This document shows positions 1-14,009 of a stretch of 64,000 nucleotides of DNA, piece by piece (within the stretch, counting starts at the first letter, position 1; every line of letters begins with the position of its first letter). Both the position numbers and the translations under genes were made by a program. Source of the stretch: Girardia tigrina (lineage: Eukaryota); contig MQRK01219574.1 in assembly GCA_001938485.1 (NCBI GenBank), forward strand, positions 1-64,000. Reading direction: 5' to 3'. Under the pieces are notes generated by a model, which had not been told where the DNA came from, made no database searches, and was given only the letters and a program-made list of their open reading frames with translations.

Positions 1-563
1 TAGATCTGTAGTTAAACTGCCAGCAGATCATTGAGTAGATCGAATGAGATTCTTGATCACTGCAGATGCTGCGAAGATAAAATATCAATTTCAACAGATC
101 ATTTGTCAATTCTTCAAAACAATTTCGATTTCGATTTGAACGGTTGAATTGTGAATCATTGTTAATCAGACATTATAACCTATCATTAATTAATGTTAAA
201 ATTGGACAAAAGTAAGGCAGTTCCAGTATTAATAATTTTTGCATTAATGAAGTTCATCTTTATAATTCAATAAGATCAAAATGAAATATATTTAGTCCTC
301 GATTAGTGTAACAGTTCCGTTTATACAAAAAATTGTGGAAATAGAATCGGTGTAAAATAAATCTAAATATAATTTAAGGTAAGGTAATAAAACGCATATA
401 AATTATTTAATAATATAATATCAAACAAAATAAATAATTTTATTTAATTATTAAATCTCATGAATATTAATATTGGATCTCCTACGCATTTCTGATAAAA
501 ATATCCAGCTTGAATAATTTAGATTTCTGTTTTCATTCATAAAGGGAATATGATAGAATGAAT

Positions 564-833
564 GAGGGGCGCAACCAGAAATTCTTATTGGGGGTGCAAA
601 AAATAATTTTTAACACATTAAAGATTTCTATAAACATTTATTTAAGCACTGATTTAAACGCTGAATAAATATATGAATTTAAGTAATGTTATTTTTATAT
701 ACAAGTATAGGAATTTGAAATTGAGTCGAATTTTCAAATTAAATTCATTTTTATTTTTTTATAAATTTTAAATATAATTGGAAAATTTTAAGAGTGCATA
801 GCACCCTTGCACCCCCCACTTGTAGCGCTATTG
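564..833. mobile_element. hAT-type MITE (270 bp)
   Basis: Exact 8-bp direct repeat GAATGAAT at 556-563 and 834-841 (hAT-type TSD). Degenerate GC-rich termini (gaggggcgcaacc ... tgtagcgctattg) with subterminal GGGGGTGCA/TGCACCCCC motifs. Confidence 0.7.
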
Positions 834-1280
834 GAATGAATGCAGGGAACATTTGTATTTCGTTCTCAATTGTTGTCTAACTCACAAAGTTATACGGTCA
901 AATTTTCCATGGTTAAAAGGATACTCTTTAAATCAACTCTTCATAACTATTGAAGTTTTTTTTCTTTGCTTTCGTCCTTTTTCTTCTCTGGTTGTTGGCA
1001 ACCTAACTTTTTGATTAATTCTTCTAAGTCTTTACTTGATAGTGACCAATCATGAGCTTCTAAAAATTCCTTCAAACATCGGCCAATCCTATATTGGCAT
1101 ATAGAAACTAAATCCGTTTCTTAAGGAATATTCTCAGTCATCGTAGAAAAATGAAGGTATCACATTAGCAGATTCATTTATTTATAATATATAAAAAACA
1201 TATTTTTGAAGTATTATAATTTAAATTGGGAGAGGCTCAAGTCCATGGGCCCCATCTCCGTGAGTGGCTTTGTATATTAT

Positions 1281-1445
1281 ATTCGTTCGATAACATTCAT
1301 TTGATAACATCCACATACCAGAAACCCTCGCTCCCCCAGCAAACTAAATACGTCTGGAAAGTCATGACCGACGAGTTTCTGAAACCATGTGCATTTGATA
1401 ACCTTCATTTGATAACACTAGTTCGATAACATCCATCTGACAACA
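1281..1445. repeat. Cluster of short ttcgataaca/ttgataaca repeats, probably subterminal repeats of a DNA transposon relic
   Basis: About 6 imperfect copies of (t/c)GATAAC at roughly 14-bp spacing, in two blocks. Confidence 0.4.
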
Positions 1446-3463
1446 AAGGCACTGCCTATTAACAAAGCAGTCACCAACCCCCTAGTTGACCCTCTTGGAG
1501 AGTACAACTCTTTGTCGTCAGCGCGACAATGGTAGACTTTCAAATCGCTGAAATATGGAGCCTTTTCAGACTTTCTCACCTAAGACGTGCGTTTAAATTA
1601 AATTAAATTAAATTATATAACTGTTGAAATTAATATATTTTGTTGTACAAAAACATCATTATAATTACATTTTAGATATATTTAATCTCTTCTGATTTCA
1701 GTTTCACAGCTTCTACCAGAGAGAGATTGTCAATTTCACCGTAAGAATTACTAGAAGAATCAATTGTGATTTGGTAACTATACAAAAAAATCTCTAAGAA
1801 ATCTTTTTAAAAATTTTATTTTGTTTTATTAATGACACTTGGATTGACTATCATCATAGTTTGTGATCCAAGATTTAATTATCCTTTTGTCAATGACTTT
1901 GAAGTTCGAAACTTATTTTAAATTAACAATTTCACTATCATATCAAGGATTAAAAGGCCACGAATCCTTGAACTCAAATTACTCAAAGACAGCTCGAGAA
2001 GTAAATGAGCGTCTCAGTGATCACATTTCATATGAACTCACATAAGAAGAGATTTTGATCTTGAAACAATTATTATCATTCATTTATAATAGAAGTAATT
2101 CTTAATAAGAGTTGTAAAGAAATGATCTCAGCTAAGATAAAGTTGAGATTATTTATTTATTTAAATTGACGTTTGAAGTAGCTAGGTGAAGTTAAAGAAT
2201 AAAAAAAGCTTACTTAAATGAACTTCTTTAGAATTGGTGCATGGAATTTATAGTACCTCAGAATAAATAAAAAAACAAAACAAACAACTCAGAGAAAAAA
2301 GATAAAAGGATAAAATAATGAAGAGTCGTAAGAAGATATCTAACAATATTCACCAAAAATGCTTTATATGGTCTGCAAGTAGAATGTCTTCTAATACCTG
2401 TAGAATTGTTAAGTTTAGTGAGTGGATACGAGTCAAGGATACGAGTTGTTAAGGATTGATGATGTACAAAACAATGTTGTCTGGAATACATCTAGAGTTG
2501 ATATAACAGGATTTGTATGACTGAAATAGCTGCGGAAATATTGTTCGAACTGCTGACTGATAATATAGGATATGGATATCTATTTTTGTGGAGTATAGAT
2601 AGACGACTAATGGTTGGCTGTAGGAGGGGATGAATTTGATATGGTAAACAAGATATAAGTTAACCTGTCGTTAACTAATTGTTTATTTTTTTATATATCC
2701 AATGCTAGTAATTATTATTCATATTTTATATTGTAATCATTTTTTAACGATTATTTACTTCGTTAAATTATCCATAAATATTCATTCTTGTTTCTTTATT
2801 CTTTTCTTTCCTTTTTCATATATTAATTTACCGAATCACTGGAGCGACCGCCTAAAGATAGGTCTTCCTGTGAGTTAAGGTAAAAAAGTAATAAACATGA
2901 AAAATAATAAGACAAAATATGCAAAGATATAAATATAAATATGGCTGATTAAGACAATGTTTGGATTATGTTCCCCATGCGCCTTTACAAGGGTATAAGA
3001 CAACTAGTTGAGGGAAAATTCAACACAAAATACATCATTCAATAAGTTAATGAAACGTATTTAATAATATTATTTTCATATTATTTTTAAAAACAAACAA
3101 TTTGAACGTTATTATTTGACGCTCGGCTTAGTAATTTTATAAAGTTGTCTTAATTTAGGTCTCAAAGTCTAATGGATCACTAATATCAAAGTCTTCAATA
3201 TTACTAAATCAATCCAAATTCGACGAAAATTAAACGATTACATTTTTCAGCTAATCCTTAAGGATTTTATGTTTCAAGGTTTCGTTAACGACATGCATAT
3301 CTCAATCGTTTCGCCATAGGTTCGAGCTATAGGACGTTACCCTCTTTAAAGAACGAATCATAAAGTACTCTTCGAAATAATAAATACGAGAATATAAGAA
3401 ATAACATTCATTCTAAATTACTACTATGTATTAAGATTTAAATATTTCAAGAAGACTTTTTAA

Positions 3464-3679
3464 CCCTTCATTTCATGATTTTATTTAAAAATGTACTTTA
3501 AAATACATTAAACGAATGACAAATTTAAGCATGTTACTGATTTAACAGATACGTTAGTGAGCATTTTGATTAGGGAGCATTAGTCATGGTTTGAAGTAAA
3601 TAGTCCGCAATATAAAACAATTGACGTTTTTATTTTTAAGTACTTTTGAACAAGTTTTTGAACAACATGAAACGAAGAG
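3464..3679. mobile_element. piggyBac-type MITE
   Basis: TTAA|CCCTTCATTTCATG ... CATGAAACGAAGAG|TTAA: 14-bp imperfect TIRs flanked by TTAA. Confidence 0.65.
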
Positions 3680-4894
3680 TTAAACTCGTTACTTAGAGCA
3701 TTTTAGGCATCTGAAGGTGCGATAGCCCCTCTATGACTAAAAAAGATAAATAAAGCCGGAAGATCTAGAGGAAGAGCTCCTTCGGATCTTCGAGTCATCC
3801 TTCCAAAGAACTATGAGGGAAAAATATTTAATAAATAATGTTCGACAAAAAAACAGATAATGCTCAATAAATAATTAAATGATTTCATTACAAAATTTTC
3901 AATTAATTTAATTATTTCCATTGATAATTATTAATGTTTGAATAATTGTTGAATATTTTTGTTTCAATCAAATCCGCCATATTTAATCTGAAATAAAAAC
4001 TGAACAAATTTATTAAAAATTAAACGAAATTAATTTTCACTCATTTTATTTTCGTCAGTAAAAATAAACCGATTTGTTGAACAATTATTTCTAAAAGTTC
4101 ATTTTGTAAAACGGAAATTAATGAGAATAATTCCGAACATTTGGCAGTATTAATAGTACTAATAATATATAATATTTAATAATAATAACAATAAAATATT
4201 TAAGTGTCCACACAATTATCAAATTAAACCGTGAATCATCGAAAATATAAATATAAAATATATAAACAGGGCAAGTGGGATAATGTAAATATTCGCCGAT
4301 GTAGACTGGGCAAATCGGCTGTCGGATTATTTGTTTTATTACATCATCCAATTACTTGCCACTGTGCAATGATTACAATAATAATAATAATAATAACTGT
4401 TATTATTATAATAATTTTTTTATTATTTTTATTATTATCATTATTATTGTATCAAAAGTGAGCTGACTGATTAAATGTAAATGAATAATCAATATATTCA
4501 CTGTTGATAATAAATAAAAAAAAGTCAATTTTAAATTACAATTATTATATAACTTACTGGCTTATCTGTTATAAGACTTTGGCAGCAATATTTGACCAAC
4601 ATCCCTGAAAAAAAATATAGTATCACCAATATTGCGTTGATACAATTTTTTTTTCTTACTCAATATTTTACCTTGAACTAAACCAACTCAACTATTATTT
4701 GGGAGTTGACTTGGTTTAGTTGTAAAAAAAAATAACACTCAAAATGTAAAATTCGTCAACAGTAAACAAAAAATATAAATCTAGCAATAAACTGAATAAT
4801 CCAAAATTACTTGTGGAAAAACTTTATTCACAACTTCAACAATCTCAAATATATCAAATCACGATAATTAATAATTGCATTAATTTTATCGATT

Positions 4895-5608
4895 TTATTT
4901 GTCGTAAAATAATGACAATTTATAACTGCTTTTTTTATCATTTTCGTCAGATGCGTTTTGACCGAGTAAATTCTGCTTGCTTTCGAGCAGATTCTGGATG
5001 ACCGCGTGTACACATCGCATTGATTTGATTTCATTCGCTCCATTTTTGTAGAGGATCACGAAATAGACGGTTGAAATCATAAATCCCACAAAAAATATCG
5101 TAAGGAATCTGACACTGATTTTATGCGTTATTAACGCCGACGACACATCATAATTTACAATGTTATTTTCAACATTAGGTAACAGATTTTTCGATAATTC
5201 AATTGATCCTATTTCGTTAATAGATTTACTTGAGGCGATTGACGTTAGGAAAAAGGAAGTCGATTGCTGAAGCTCGGATATGCATTCCTTCATGAAACAT
5301 AAAATATGTTTTGTTCTCGTATATTCAGTTCTATCGAGAATCTTCACTAAAACATCACTCCTTCCATTTGATCGAAGTATAACGAGAATATTTTTCTCAT
5401 TCATCCCTTCTTTTATAATAAAATAACTTGAAACCTCCTCCTTTTGTCCGTTTGAACATAAAAAGATGAGACATAAATTGAGATTATCTGAATCTATTAA
5501 ATTATATAAACCTTCTGGGTCGAGGCTTTCACACTTTAATAAGAATAAAAAAAACAAAAGACAATCGTAAATGCACCTCACATCACGCACAAGAATGCCT
5601 ATGTACAA
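4895..5608 (-). CDS. Putative single-pass membrane protein of unknown family (true 5' end uncertain)
   Basis: 237 open codons in very AT-rich DNA. N-terminal hydrophobic stretch (CLLFFLFLLKCES), one TM-like segment (FLTIFFVGFMISTVYFVILY) and a short charged tail. No in-frame ATG before the hydrophobic stretch, so an upstream exon or decay is possible. Confidence 0.45.
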   Translation of the reverse strand: MYIGILVRDVRCIYDCLLFFLFLLKCESLDPEGLYNLIDSDNLNLCLIFLCSNGQKEEVSSYFIIKEGMNEKNILVILRSNGRSDVLVKILDRTEYTRTKHILCFMKECISELQQSTSFFLTSIASSKSINEIGSIELSKNLLPNVENNIVNYDVSSALITHKISVRFLTIFFVGFMISTVYFVILYKNGANEIKSMRCVHAVIQNLLESKQNLLGQNASDENDKKSSYKLSLFYDK

Positions 5609-6744
5609 CTACCACTTAAACAAATCAAGATCTTGTACAAAAACGAAAGAGAGATAACTTCATCCTTACACTAAACACACGGAAGTAGGGTATCACAATC
5701 CCAAACAACTATAATAAATTGTTACCTCTAATTTCAATCATCAAGTCTCATTGGTACATCCTACTCATTATTGATCAATTCCAACTACAACTTATTTTCT
5801 CTTGAAAGATAATATTTCAAGAAGTTTGCCTATAACACTATTCTATCATTTGATCGAAATAACCTACACAAATTAGTGTTCATATTCGCCTGAGTATTTA
5901 TTAACCAATGTGTCAAGTAACTTACAGTTTAAATACTAATTTTCTTATCAAAACATTTCCTGCATTATCTTTAACATTTATCTTAAACATTTTATCTTTG
6001 TTTTTTCTCCTTCTGTTAAAAATTATTATTCTTTAATATATTTTTCATAATTTTAATTCCTGTTATTTATTATCAAAAGTGAATCTATTGATTATTTATT
6101 TACCTTTAATCAGGCAGCTCACTTTTAGTAAATTACCATTAAAGTTCATTTTAATAATTTCAATCATTATTATACTTTTTCTAAATTTGTAGATTTTTTT
6201 ATAAAGTATAACAATAAAAATAATCATATTATTTTCAATATTGGAAAATATTGTTGAAATATTAATATAATTTATTTTGTATTTGGATATCAATCTTAAC
6301 CAAAGGAAGAGCTAGCGGATTAAAAGGAAAAAAACATACGGGAGAATAAATCAAAAATGTATTTAAATAGTTTAATCTATTTTTTGATGTAGTTGAATGA
6401 GATAGAATTGACTTTATTCGATAAAGAATAAACTAAGACTTGCAATAATTAACCCTTAAATTTTACTATATAGACAAATTTTCTAAATCTCAGACCCAGC
6501 AACGCATGCTGTATTAACTCAAATCCGTACCGTAGTTCTTCAATATATTTTAACAAATTCAAATTTTCACTATTGCCATTCCAACAACCCCTTTCAGTCC
6601 TCACAGGGAGACTTTTCTTTCAGCCATCATTGACAGTAAGGTGTTAGAGGATATACTAATGATAATGGTGGTTATGGTGTAAAAGTATATAGAGATATCA
6701 ACCTCACACATTTACATTTAAAATGAAACATATTTATTTATATA

Positions 6745-7140
6745 TTGGGTTGAGGAATAAGTTCCCGCTGTTTTTTGAAAAATTAAAATTTTATTTTTTA
6801 ACAAAAAAGTTACTACAAATTAATCCCAAATATAATCTCCGCCATTGTTCACGACTTCTTCCCAACGTTCAACGAGTTTTTTAATGCCTCTTTGGTAGAA
6901 ATCGCCCGGTCTTTACTCGAAGAATTCAGCCAACCAACCATTTTTGTCGACTTGGCACTCCATTTCAATGGTCTAAAAATCGACAAAAATTAATCTGAAT
7001 AAAAAAACAAAATACACCATTTTTTAGAGCAAAACAATAGCTTTCAAATAACATTACATAAAAAAATTGATTTAAATATTAATTTGATTAAAAATTGATT
7101 AAAAATTCAAAAAACGGCGGGTACTTATTCCTCAACCTAA
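6745..7140 (-). mobile_element. Internally deleted mariner derivative (396 bp)
   Basis: TA|TTGGGTTGAGGAATAAGTTCCCGCTGTTTTTTGAA ... TTCAAAAAACGGCGGGTACTTATTCCTCAACCTAA|TA. The minus strand retains the transposase C-terminus (DFYQRGIKKLVERWEEVVNNGGDY). Confidence 0.9.
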
Positions 7141-8700
7141 TATGTTATAATTATCGTCTTTTATTATTTTTTTCTTTTCTTTATTATATGGTTCCCTGCC
7201 TTCCCTGGGGAACAAATTTCTGGACTATCGTTTCAACAGATGGGAATCGAATACCGTATTTTCCGCCTAATAAGCCGAATTTCTGGCCCTAAATTACCCA
7301 CATCTTGAGAGTGTCGGAAAGATGTAATTTTATTTGCAGCCTGTGAGAGACTCTACATTTTAATTAAAATAAACTTTTCTTTATAAGTATTGTATTTGAT
7401 TTTGGTAATTTTACGGTTTGCGAAAATCAAAATTGGCCTTAGCTTATCAGGCGAAAAGTATGGTAATTATAATAATATAAAACATAAAAAATATTCATTA
7501 TGAAAAAAAATCAATAAAAATAAAAGTTAAAGAATGCCAATAAGGAAAGGTTTGTATTGTTTATTTTTGGATTTCCCTATTCAATTCCTTCACAAGCAAG
7601 CAATCCTACCTCATCCATCCATCTTTTCCCAGTTCCAAATTTATACCTCTTTATAAAATCTTATACTTCAACAGAAATTGTTATAATCTAGTCGAAACTG
7701 CAATTTACCTATACTTGAAATCGGTTCAATTTAATACAATCTACCGATTCATACAACAATAAAAAATTAACTTTTAGATACCTTCTTGTTATAACATCCT
7801 CTATATCCTCTTCCTTTTACTGTGACTATCAGATTCTTCCTTTTTATCTTTCCGTTTGGTTGATAATTACTATATCCTTTTCTTAAAATATTTATTTATT
7901 TATTTAATTTATTTATCATTTAATGGAAATTTAGATATTATTGATTTTATTGGTATTTTAGTTTTCTTTGCACTTGCCTTTTCCATTTCCTTTGAAGAAA
8001 ACTTCAAGATACGAATTAGATTCCAAATACGAAGTTGATGAAACTTTCGGTCTCAAACTTCTGAAGATAAACTCATTCTTTTTATAAAAATAAATAATAA
8101 TATTAACTAATGTAAACATTACTCCTCTTACCGAACGCTATCACCTTTCCCTGGTACTTCTATGTGGCCCAGTTTAATGAGTTTATAGCAATAATAATAA
8201 TATAAACTATATGTATTTTTCACATTCTGTGAACTATTTTAAAATAATTTTCCTTTTATTTGAGATTTTAAAGTAATAAAAATAAAAAGATTTATTAAGT
8301 AAAAGGCCAGAACTGTTTGAGTACCCTGTTTCTCAAGCGAAATTGAAGCTGCCCGTAAGAATAAAATTTCCAAAGACCCAATATGATTAAATCTGGCTCT
8401 CCATTCAAATGAAGAAGAGTTGATAAGTTTATTTAAAGACACTGTAAGAATGAAGGAGGTTGAAGATACCATAATATAATTTTATTATTTTAAATTATTT
8501 TCTCGTTTCCCTACATTTTTAGGTGAAAGGTGTTTTAAATTATTAAAATAAATCTACGAATGTAAGTTAAGAATTGTACTCTCAAATGAATTTTAAATAG
8601 TAAATAAATTATTTATAAATTTTATTTCAATCATAAAAAAACTTTAAAAAAATTATTAAAAATTTTAAATTGGTAAAATTAAAACAAAATACTTGGAAAA

Positions 8701-8748
8701 AATATGGGACATGTTTCGATCTAAATTGATCATAATCAGTTATTATGT
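8701..8748 (-). ncRNA. Degenerate minimal hammerhead ribozyme (Penelope type)
   Basis: Minus strand reads CTGATTA-T-GATC-aattta-GATC-GAAA-CATG-TC. One core change versus CUGAnGA; palindromic stem III. Confidence 0.55.
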
Positions 8749-8833
8749 TAAGGTAACCGTGGAGTTGGATCCATCACAATGTGCTCATGATTTACCGCTA
8801 ACATTTTGATGTTACAAAGCAAATAATATTAAA

Positions 8834-9049
8834 TCACTTGGCAGAAATTAGTGTAAAAGTTGGATAAGTGAATTGCGCATGGGTTGAATGAAAAGCAGAA
8901 AAAAAAGTGTTTAGATGCTTTATCGTTATAAATGTGATAACTTTTTGAATCGAATCATCCCATACGATGAAAAGTGAATCTATAGTATGATAATCGCAAA
9001 CATTCAGAAAGCTGGCTTGACACGGTTGAAGCAGTAAAACACAGACCAA
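8834..9049 (-). pseudogene. Penelope-like reverse transcriptase fragment
   Basis: IDSLFIVW...HLNTFFSAFHSTHAQFT resembles the PLE RT pattern YIDDIF..W...LN.FH..I.FT. It lies just upstream of the hammerhead motif on the same strand. Confidence 0.45.
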
Positions 9050-9859
9050 AGCACACTATTCATCAAAATAAGCTTATGTGAGTGTTTGGGTTGATCCATT
9101 TTGATTTAATTAACCTGGTTCATCTATCACAGCAGATGTCTACTTCAACTAATTGGAAGATTGGATGTGAAAATTCAAAGACAAATAGCCAGGTTTGGTT
9201 AACAGGGCGACTCGAGTCTTGCTCCACCACAATGCAAAATCAAATACTGTACTTAAGACCATGACAAAACTACAGGAACTTGAATTGGAACTTCTGCATC
9301 ATCCTCCATACTATGGTGTATCGTTGTCAAAAAGGTATGTTTCGGTAGTGATAAAAAGTTGATGCAAGTCTAATATTGTTCATATATGACAAACAAGGTT
9401 TGTTTAAACTGCGTTTATACCCCCCGCCAATTCACTTTTTGCTGGTATATACGTTCAGTGGCGTCGCATCCGATAAAATTTTTTTGGTGAGTGTTTGCTA
9501 CAATAATGCCTATATAAGTGCTTTAATTTACATTCAGACAATGTGTTTATATACGCTTATCATCAATATCGTCACTTAAATAGTGCCTAGAGTCCTAGAC
9601 AGAGATCAAAACATGCATGTTTACATGTTATATGTGAAGGATATTGGAATGATGTTTGAATGATGTTGAGTGATTGTTGAATGAGTTTTGTAGTATGTTT
9701 GAGACTGGTTGGTGTTTGAAGCATGAGATCTCTCCCTAGACAATTGAAGTCAATTATTGTCGAATTTAAAAATTTATATTACTAATTGTATAATAAATTA
9801 ATTGTTATTTAACAATTAATTAAAAATACAATTGTTTTAATCATTGCAGATTTTGGCAA

Positions 9860-10828
9860 ATTTTTGAAAAAAAAACACATGTATCAACAATGGTGTTATC
9901 AGATTATTAGAATTGCATCTGAGGAGGCCGTTATAGAGGCTGATATGTTTTTTCCATTTCAATGAGCTGCCTCTGAGACACCTTCGATTACAATTTGAAG
10001 GATGAGCTGCTGGTTTCACCGGGGAAATAGGAAAGAAACTGCTTCATTGTCATGATATGAATATTGTTAATTTTGAGGTAAGGGAAAATTGCCTGCCATT
10101 TGTGTGGCTCTGTTTCCTCCACTTTTGAAAAAAGAGTCAGGTAAATTGGTACATTCGCGATGGCTCCACTACAGCAAACAGAATTCTGCGACTTTATTTC
10201 TCAACTGCGTCACCATCAGGCGAGCTTCTTGTCTTAACAGATTATATTCTTCTCGTTTATGCGCCTATGTGGTTTCGTATAAAATTGAATCCACAGTGCT
10301 ATCAAGGAGCAAGGTACGTATAGAGCTTTATTAAATTCTCCTGTTTTCTTCATAATGGTAGTCGTCATGTTGTGGATGCATCCGTACAAAGAAATGCTTA
10401 TTTTGTTCACCCAGAAAATATCCTTTTGGTCATGCTAGTTGACGAAGAAAGGGAAGTAAGACAAGTGGCACTAAGAAGAATCAAAGAAGAAAGACAAGGT
10501 ATGAAGACTTCTCATGGTGTAAGAAGATTTCGCATTCCCTCAAAACTGTGATCTAGTGAATTAGGATGGTTGTGATCGAGGAGAGCCTCCATTGCAAGCC
10601 AATATTAGTGATGAAGATATTGATGCAGCCGTAGAAACATCTCCGAAGTTCGAATTTCCGAATATTCCATGTCACTCCCAAACTGTTGAACGTCATGTCG
10701 AACTGGTAACGGAAGCCGACAGTGCTGTACACGGTCCAATGCGAAGAGATGGCTATATCCGAGCTAGACTTCTTTTTAGAAAAGCTATTCCTATTTATTC
10801 CTCTAAGCAGGATTGGAACTTCGATTAA
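9860..10828 (+). pseudogene. Decayed DNA transposase, hAT superfamily (hATm-like)
   Basis: Frame-broken motifs HFNELPLRH, GKLVHSRWL, QRNAYFVHPENILLVMLVDE and PCHSQTVERHVELVTEA...RDGYIR. The subfamily assignment is from recall. Confidence 0.7.
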
Positions 10829-11139
10829 CGTAATTGAATCAAACTATATTTATACGTATGTTAGTATTGAATATATATAGTTTGTTATATAGTTTTTAGT
10901 ATATGTATTACTATATTGAATCTGTACTGTAATTATTCACAGCTTCTACTTGTTTTGTTTTTATCCCCTTTAACTTGCAAAATATATAGAGAATATTTGG
11001 TTTTATAGGGTCCAAATCTTTGATTCATTGGCTGGGGTAATAATAAAAAAATTTACTTATTTTTTTATTGAATACATTCAAAACATGTCGGGTCAACTTT
11101 TTATGACTACCGAAAATGGAAATTACAGATTTTTTTCAT

Positions 11140-11447
11140 TCATGATACACCCTACTCCATACTCACCAGACTTAACACGAGTGATTACCATTTCTTCCTT
11201 AATTGAACAACTTTTTGATAGGAAAAAAATTCAATTCCGAAGATGCCGTAAAAGTAGCATTCCAGCAATTTATAGATTCTTGCCCAACAAATTTTTATTC
11301 AAAGGTCCTTAAGAAGCTGACTCTCAAATGGCAAAATTGCGTCAATAAAATGGGTGAATGCTTTGATGAATAACAAATATTGGTATCGATAAATTATCAA
11401 AAAACATTAACTTTAGTTCTGCAAATTTCATACTTGACGATCTAATA
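11140..11447 (+). pseudogene. mariner 3' fragment
   Basis: HPTPYSPDL..DYHF motif and a TIR-like end ...gacgatctaa|ta. Confidence 0.7.
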
Positions 11448-11749
11448 TAAAGTTTAACATAAAGGATGATTAATTATAAAACTAAAATAAATACCGATTT
11501 TAAATTTCAAAAATTAACATTTTAAGTTCCTTAATTTAAATATTCAGAAGAACTAAAGAGTTTCATAGAATGAAAGAGAAATATTCAATAAAATATATAG
11601 ATAAAATATATATAATTATTGCAAAATTACAATTAAATAATTAAAATAATGAAAAAAGAATTATTTTTAAAAAAGAACAACAGAAGAACAAAATATTTTA
11701 GAAGGTAATAGGAAGAATTAACAAACCAAATCTTTGCATTTTAATAATA

Positions 11750-11959
11750 CACTCATACCTCGATATACGGCCTAGATACGTTCCTAGTTACGGCCTAGAA
11801 AATATGTATATTAATGTTTTTTTTCACACTTTTTTCAAAAGTTTTTTTTGGCTGTATAACGAAAAATTCTAGGCCGTAAATCGAAAAAGTGCCATAATTA
11901 AAGTAGGCCGTTATAGCGAAAAGCCGTATAAAGAGCGGCCGTATATCGAGGTATGAGTG
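11750..11959. mobile_element. Tc1/pogo-type MITE (210 bp)
   Basis: Perfect 23-bp TIRs CACTCATACCTCGATATACGGCC / GGCCGTATATCGAGGTATGAGTG with TA on both sides. Confidence 0.9.
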
Positions 11960-12888
11960 TAATAATAATAAAAAAAATAACAACATCTTCTTTTACTGTT
12001 ATTAATAATAAATATTCATTAAAACAAATAAACCATAATCATCATTTACTCTGTCTCCTCTGACAAAAGAATGATTTCCCTTTTGATGTTCTTTTTCCTA
12101 CAACCTTTGAGTCATTGAAAACGATTCTTAATCATCAACAAGGGGAAAATATAAATCAAAAATTTATTAAAAATTAGTTTGCTTTTGATATGGTAAATTA
12201 AGACAAAAATTGTCCACCTTCACTCTGAAATGAGATAATTACTGAAAATTTACCCCTCACAAGATGGTTTAATAATTGTATTATTTGACCCTTGAGGGTT
12301 TCTGGCTATGGAGATTCGAGCGACATTATTTACTCTTCTGAGACAAGATTTGTCTTATTTTTATTTTTATTATTATTATATTTAATTATTCAAAGAAAAC
12401 TCAGAATTAAAACAAAATACGATTTATTGATGACCCAAAAAAATTTATCCAACACGAATTTCTATGTCGAAAAATGTATATTTAAGTAAGTAAAATTAAT
12501 GAAAAAAATCTCAGAAATTTTTGTTTTGAAAATAAATTGAATTTCATCACGAATTTCACTAATTTGCCATTTGCATTCGGCGGGGGGCCTCAAATAATTT
12601 GGATTAATTGCAAATTATTGACGAATATTTTCATTTATTAGAAAAAAGAATTTAGAACTTATTGAATGATTTCGATATAAATAAAATTAAAATTGTGATT
12701 TTTGTTTTAATTACCGCTCATTGTTAAACTATATAAACAAAGATATTAATTAAATAATTAATTAATAACAAATCCCCCCAATAAAATACATAAATAATAG
12801 ATATTAAGACTATTTCGATGATTAATGAATATTTAGAAATTTTGAAAGCATTTTATTATTATTATAATTTGTAATTGATATTTATAAT

Positions 12889-13602
12889 TGTTGGGAGCGT
12901 TCATAAAATATAAAATTTTTGAATCTTATCAAATTATTAAATAAACAATTACGTTCCGTAAAATATTGTTATAAATATGTTAAAATAAGATTTTCAGAAA
13001 TTTAATGTAAAAAATTAATTTAAGTAAGAAATAAAATAAATTTTACGGTAGGATTATTAAAAGATTTATGTAAAGATTTATTATAAAGTAAAAAAAGTTA
13101 ATTTCAAATTTGATGAAAATATTTATTTGAAATAAAATAAAAAGTTTGATATTTTATTCGCGAAATAAAAGTAAACTAAACTATTTTTGTAACTTTTAAA
13201 TCAAAGTAGATTAAAAATGTAATTATAATTTTTATTTGAAAATGGTAATTGGAATTAAAAAAAATAATAATCGACTTAATTGAAAAATGCGATTTTAATT
13301 TTATTTTGGAAAATGTAATTGAGAAACAGGTAAATTTAAATGTACCATAAAATTGAAAAATTAATAAAAGACGCGACAAAAACTTTGTGACAAAATTTTA
13401 ATTCACTATAATTTTTTATTAAAAAAATATAGAATTTTAATTTGTAAAAAAATATACTAACCATATTTTTATTTATATCTATTTTTATTTATAATGGTTG
13501 TGTAAAAAGAAAGTGCAAAAGTTCCTAAAAAAAATATTTGTTTAAAAAATTCAAATTGCTATAGAAATAAATTTTTGTGTTCATGATTTTGAGCAAGAAC
13601 CC

Positions 13603-13606
<4 letters not shown>
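12889..13606. mobile_element. Solo-LTR-like element with TGTTGGG...CCCAA(C/T)A termini
   Basis: Starts TGTTGGGAGCGT (same 12-mer at 31046) and ends CAAGAACCCAATA (CAAGAACCCAACA at 52207-52219). ATAAT flanks both sides, but this is weak evidence because it abuts an AAT repeat. Confidence 0.55.

Positions 13607-13651
<45 letters not shown>
13603..13651. repeat. (AAT)n microsatellite
   Basis: About 16 consecutive AAT units. Confidence 0.95.
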
Positions 13652-13654
<3 letters not shown>

Positions 13655-14009
13655 TATCTATTGTTATTAATAATAAATATTCATTAAAACAAATAAACGT
13701 TATTCTCTTCGAATGTTTAAGAAGTAGTCGTTCTTATGACCAGAATCTGATTAAAGATTTGAATGACAATTCGCTGAATTATTTTGCTTGTTGGGTTTAA
13801 TTATACGTATACATGTATATAAAAATATTTTTATGGAATTAAATTAAATTAAACAGGTTATTAAAAAATCAGTTTAAAATTATTTTTATTATAAGTTATA
13901 AAAATTAATGGATGGCTACTACAGCATTTATGAATTGATCATCGAATCTAAGGTAATGGTACTACGAATTTTCAAGTTTTACAAAGATCAGAAACAGAAA
14001 AACGTACTG

